A stretch of 64,000 nt of DNA, taken from positions 3,184 through 67,183 of the forward strand of contig JACRFL010000013.1 of NCBI GenBank assembly GCA_016217905.1, given 5' to 3'. Shown piece by piece: positions 60,570-64,000 of the stretch. Position 1 is the first letter of the stretch, and every line of letters starts with the position of its first letter. Made by a program: the position numbers and the translations under genes. The stretch is from Candidatus Kaiserbacteria bacterium (GTDB lineage Bacteria; Patescibacteriota; Minisyncoccia; Phycocordibacterales; Phycocordibacteraceae). A model generated the notes under the pieces. That model saw nothing but the letters and a program-made list of their open reading frames with translations. It was not told the origin of the DNA and did no database searches.

Positions 60570-60607
60570 GCCCCAGAGCCCGCGCGTACTCGCGCGGGCT
60601 CTGGGGC
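60570..60607. terminator. 17-bp perfect hairpin (GCCCCAGAGCCCGCGCG tact CGCGCGGGCTCTGGGGC) between convergent genes
   Basis: Seen directly. Lies 5 nt from the stop of the minus-strand gene. No clear T-tract. Confidence 0.45.
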
Positions 60608-60611
60608 AGAA

Positions 60612-62324
60612 TCACGAATTCGAAATGTCTCGTATCTCTTTTGTAACCACTTCTTCTGCCTCTTCAAGTTTTTGCTCAAATTGTTCCAAAAATTCCGCTT
60701 CTTCGTCTGTCAGTTTTCTATTGACTTTCTTGAGCCGAGCCACATGTTTTTGAACGCCATCGCGAAGGACCTTAAACGCTCGTTCGGATGTTTTCTCCGC
60801 CTCCCGTGCTTCACGTCGCATACGCGATATGGTGCGGGGAATCCTAAACCAGAGGCGAGCTCCGATCCAAACAAGAGCGCCGAGTGCGAGCAATATTAGG
60901 ATTGCGACAGAAAGATATTTCAAAGTGAAACCAATAAGACCTGTCACAAACTCCGATCGAACGGTAATCGTAAGTGGGGATGTTTCTGCACTCTGTGCTC
61001 CTCGATCATCTTTCACGTGGAGGATTATGGTGTACACGCCGGGGTCAAGCCGTTTGGTGGCCACAAGCGCAAAGTCGCCCAAAGAGTTGCTTCGGGTAAA
61101 TTCCTCCGACATCAGTGAGTTACCTTCGCGGATGGAGACGATTACATCGGAATCGGGATAGGTCGTTCCCCTGACTTTCAGAATATCTCCCTCTTCTATC
61201 GCCTCCGGATAGTGGGTAATGACCGGAGCGTCGATGCCTTCAATCGTAAACTCTGCCGATCCGCTGCGAATGTTGCCGGCGTTGTCTATGGCCGATACAA
61301 AAAGAGTATAGGCACCGGGAATCTGTGACGGGAGAACATACGGATTGGATTCCGCAAGGGGAGCTGTCTTGACCGGCTTCGTATCACTTCCTATTTTGAT
61401 TTCGTAGTGACTTATCCCCGATTCGTTGTCTGTCGTGTTGAAGAAAACGACCGGCTGGGGTTCCAGCCCCTTGTTTCCGTGCGGGAAGGAGATAGAGAAT
61501 GGTTTCGGCGGAGTGGTATCAATATTCACGCGGTACCGCGAGACTGCGCTCCAGCCGGCAGAGGTGCGCGCTTGGAGCGAGAAGTAATAGGTACCATCCG
61601 GAAGCTCATCAATTTTCTTTTTTGAGATAGGCGGAATGTAGGAAACCGACGGATTGCCTACGGGAGATTTTCCAATGAGCGTGCGGACTTCAAGTGTACC
61701 CTCCGGCAACTTCCACGAAAATTCTGGCGTATTGTCTGCATACCATTTCCCCTGGTCCGGATGCGTGGCAGAGGTGATGCCGAGTGTGTTCCCGGTCGCG
61801 ACCGGGGGCGTTTCCGTTTGAGGCGCAAGAGGAGGCCTCTCTCCCGCGGCGGTGAGCGTAAAGACCGCCATCCGAAGCCCGTTTAAGATATTCATCCCTG
61901 TGCCATCGTTTGCCAGAACAGAGCCAGAGGAAAAGCTTAGATTCGCTTGCCCGGCACTCCGCGCGCGGAAGGTAATAGTAAGGATTTTCCCAGAGGCACC
62001 CGTATAGCCGGGGTTAAGCACGATACCTTCAAAAGAAACAGTGCCTTGGCTGTTCGAAAAAGACGGCTCCGCAGGCCAGAGAGAGAAAATTGACCCCTGT
62101 TTGGAAATAGAGACGACTTCAAACTTGTCCCACGGAAAAGACACGACGCCGGAAGCGGCATTCATCGCCTGATCGGAGCTCTCTACATTCACGTTTACAG
62201 AAAAGGTGCTGCCGACACTGTACGAACCAGACGGCGGCGAAAAATTGAGAGATGCCGCCTGCGCCGAAAACGGCGCAAGTACGAACAGTGCGAACACGAA
62301 CGTTATTTTATAAATCGTATCCAT
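60612..62324 (-). CDS. Surface protein with N-terminal cohesin-like domain, Ig-like region, C-proximal TM and cytoplasmic coiled-coil tail
   Basis: Signal peptide MDTIYKITFVFALFVLAPFSAQA. Cohesin-like beta-sandwich (ASLNFSPPSGSYSVGSTFSVNVNV ... KILTITFRARSAGQANLSF). TM TGLIGFTLKYLSVAILILLALGALVWIG. Charged tail. Confidence 0.55.
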   Translation of the reverse strand: MDTIYKITFVFALFVLAPFSAQAASLNFSPPSGSYSVGSTFSVNVNVESSDQAMNAASGVVSFPWDKFEVVSISKQGSIFSLWPAEPSFSNSQGTVSFEGIVLNPGYTGASGKILTITFRARSAGQANLSFSSGSVLANDGTGMNILNGLRMAVFTLTAAGERPPLAPQTETPPVATGNTLGITSATHPDQGKWYADNTPEFSWKLPEGTLEVRTLIGKSPVGNPSVSYIPPISKKKIDELPDGTYYFSLQARTSAGWSAVSRYRVNIDTTPPKPFSISFPHGNKGLEPQPVVFFNTTDNESGISHYEIKIGSDTKPVKTAPLAESNPYVLPSQIPGAYTLFVSAIDNAGNIRSGSAEFTIEGIDAPVITHYPEAIEEGDILKVRGTTYPDSDVIVSIREGNSLMSEEFTRSNSLGDFALVATKRLDPGVYTIILHVKDDRGAQSAETSPLTITVRSEFVTGLIGFTLKYLSVAILILLALGALVWIGARLWFRIPRTISRMRREAREAEKTSERAFKVLRDGVQKHVARLKKVNRKLTDEEAEFLEQFEQKLEEAEEVVTKEIRDISNS

Positions 62325-63172
62325 GTCCTTTTATAGAGAAGTGCAACGAGAACTAACACTATAAGTATAGCGAATAATCCTGACTTCTCCCACGGCGCGC
62401 GTGCATAGCGCGCCGGAACAACGGCAACTCGCTCATTTCCGGCGTGGTCTACCGCTTTCACATACACATCTCGGTTAAGGTCTCGATACTTTAGAAGATA
62501 GGGACTTTCTGCTTCTCTAAAGAATCCCCATCTACCTTCACGCACTTCATAATGGTCAATCCCCGAGGTTTTATCTTGAGTTGCGAAAACGAGAAAGTAT
62601 TTCCCGTCAAATAGGTTTGGGTCGCTTGAAATAGTCGGGTTAAAATCTTCCGGCAATTCCGTATCAATCAATGTCTCTTTACGCACATTGCTGTCTCCGT
62701 GTTTTATAGAAACGGCTGTATCACGAGTTGAGAGAACCGATTCTGTGCCTAGTCCATCATTTTTCAAAGCTTTTATATTTTGTAGCGCGACAGAAGCCAC
62801 TCCCGTATTTTTTGCCTCAAAAACTACGGAAAAGATATTGTTGTTCGCCCCGCTAAATCCTCCGGGAGTGATGCCGGAAAACAAGACGATACCCGGCGTG
62901 TCAACGCGGGGCTTCTCAACCCAGAAATTGATAACAGAATTACCATCGCGAATCTCTTTAACAGAAAGCAAATCCTGCGGAAATACCAGTCGCCCCTCAA
63001 TCGCATTTACAGACTCCTTCGAATGAAGGACTATATCTATCAAAAATTGCTCGCCAAAGTTAATTTCTGATTTATTCGCATCAAGGCGAATTTCCGCGGC
63101 GTATGCGCCATAGGGAACGCACGCGAGAAGCGCGAATGCAAAAAAGATGAGGGTTTTGTAAGAAAAAGTCAT
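62303..63172 (-). CDS. Surface protein with N-terminal cohesin-like domain and C-terminal TM anchor (start MTFSYK at 63172)
   Basis: Signal peptide MTFSYKTLIFFAFALLACVPYGAYA. Cohesin-like block (EIRLDANKSEINFGEQFLIDIVL ... NIFSVVFEAKNTGVASVAL). C-terminal TM LFAILIVLVLVALLY + KRTW. Confidence 0.55.
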   Translation of the reverse strand: MTFSYKTLIFFAFALLACVPYGAYAAEIRLDANKSEINFGEQFLIDIVLHSKESVNAIEGRLVFPQDLLSVKEIRDGNSVINFWVEKPRVDTPGIVLFSGITPGGFSGANNNIFSVVFEAKNTGVASVALQNIKALKNDGLGTESVLSTRDTAVSIKHGDSNVRKETLIDTELPEDFNPTISSDPNLFDGKYFLVFATQDKTSGIDHYEVREGRWGFFREAESPYLLKYRDLNRDVYVKAVDHAGNERVAVVPARYARAPWEKSGLFAILIVLVLVALLYKRTWIRFIK

Positions 63173-63173
63173 G

Positions 63174-64000
63174 TTAGCCAGTCCAGTTAAAAGCCATGAT
63201 ACTAAAATCGACCAGATCAACTTTGCCGTCGCCATTCAAATCGCTCGACGCAGGGGGGCTCGCGCGTTTATACCAATACGCCGCTACCGAGAAATCGACA
63301 AGGTTCACCCGACCATCCCCATTTGTATCTCCTTTCGCTACGACCTTCGGCAATTGAGCGAGCACATTTTTCGTGCCGACGGCAAAACCTATCACTTTGC
63401 TAAAAGAGCTAATTTCACCATTCAGGGCGACTTTTGATTTTGTATTATGTTGCCCCATTTCAAGCACCGAGGTATCAAAATTGAGTAAATATACTCCACC
63501 AGCATCAGACATTTTCTTCACAAAAAATTCTTCATTTGAATTAACGCTGATGGTGATTTCCGATGCGGGCGCACTCTGGCCGAAAATAGCGATATTGTCT
63601 CCCCGCCTCACTTCACCCTTGTCAACGGCGATAGTGGGTGCGATAAAGATACCGCTGATTTTGGTGGTCACGCCCGAAGTGATGAAAATTGGAAAAGTAA
63701 ACAAGCTGGAACGGATATTATTTTTATCTTCTCCATATACCGCAAATGTATAGTTGCCCGTTGAAAGACCGCTTATCGTGGCAGTAAAATTGCTGTCGGG
63801 ACCGGCAATAGTGGTCAGGGCGATCTGTCCATCCTTGAGAATACTAACTCGGCTCAAAGGATAGGCTCTCCCAGAGAAAACAACATTGGTATCAGGAATT
63901 GATGGTGAAGACGGAGCACCTCCACCGCCCCCTCCTCCACCACCACCGGAGGAACCGGACGTACATTGCGAAGTATTAAACGTACACGCGGACGTGCAAG
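63174..64000 (-). CDS. Dockerin-containing secreted protein; 5' end lies outside the window
   Basis: C-terminal tandem dockerin type-I repeats GDTNGDGRVNLVDFSVAAY ... DLNGDGKVDLVDFSIMAF. The upstream frame is open through 64000 (poly-Gly/Pro linker). Confidence 0.65.
   Translation of the reverse strand, partial: CTSACTFNTSQCTSGSSGGGGGGGGGGAPSSPSIPDTNVVFSGRAYPLSRVSILKDGQIALTTIAGPDSNFTATISGLSTGNYTFAVYGEDKNNIRSSLFTFPIFITSGVTTKISGIFIAPTIAVDKGEVRRGDNIAIFGQSAPASEITISVNSNEEFFVKKMSDAGGVYLLNFDTSVLEMGQHNTKSKVALNGEISSFSKVIGFAVGTKNVLAQLPKVVAKGDTNGDGRVNLVDFSVAAYWYKRASPPASSDLNGDGKVDLVDFSIMAFNWTG

Overview
This is a 64-kb window of high-GC bacterial chromosome that reads like a streamlined genome, possibly a Patescibacteria/CPR-like (Parcubacteria-type) lineage; that placement is inference. 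Housekeeping enzymes are unusually short: DnaE 1060 aa, PheT 606 aa, PheS about 244 aa, ThrRS without its N-terminal editing domain, and an SMC-like ATPase of 736 aa. The core genes recognised are listed under features.

Accessory content:
- A glycoside-hydrolase family 130 (GH130) mannoside-phosphorylase cluster sits next to a eukaryotic-type phosphomannomutase (PMM/Sec53-family).
- A standalone PIF1/RecD-family helicase follows.
- A low-GC island carries a giant secreted alpha/beta-hydrolase-like protein.
- The most striking locus is on the minus strand at 13.1-19.1 kb. It encodes a SipW-type signal peptidase, two TasA/camelysin-like proteins with textbook SipW-cognate signal peptides, and a third SipW-cognate protein carrying a lamin-tail domain. 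A secreted Gly-rich FN3-like protein lies just downstream. Together these look like a TasA-like extracellular fibre or matrix system.
- Elsewhere there is a sortase next to a giant tandem-repeat surface protein and a CARDB protein.
- A GT2 processive polysaccharide-synthase gene lies head-to-head with pheS.
- At the right edge a cohesin-dockerin-like surface module runs off the window.

Two families of short perfect palindromes recur in intergenic hairpins and as in-frame insertions inside housekeeping coding sequences:
- Family A has CAACTTGGAGG...CCTCCAAGTTG arms. It sits in frame inside the FAD oxidase and prmC.
- Family B has a GAAGTCWGACTTC core that encodes K-S-D-F. It sits in frame inside hisS and rnhB.

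Three otherwise intact genes carry a single in-frame stop codon with no frameshift:
- TAG at 3144 in the tandem GH130 gene.
- TGA at 8887 in the giant hydrolase.
- TGA at 58097 in essential pheS.
Other genes terminate normally on TGA/TAG, so genome-wide stop-codon recoding is unlikely. Base-call errors, recent pseudogenisation or programmed read-through remain open.

No rRNA, tRNA or CRISPR array was recognised. Many long ORFs in the six-frame track are antisense or GC-skew artefacts of rpoB/rpoC/dnaG/rpoD and were not called. The track also uses GTG/TTG starts that create spurious Arg-rich N-terminal extensions; several starts were trimmed for that reason.
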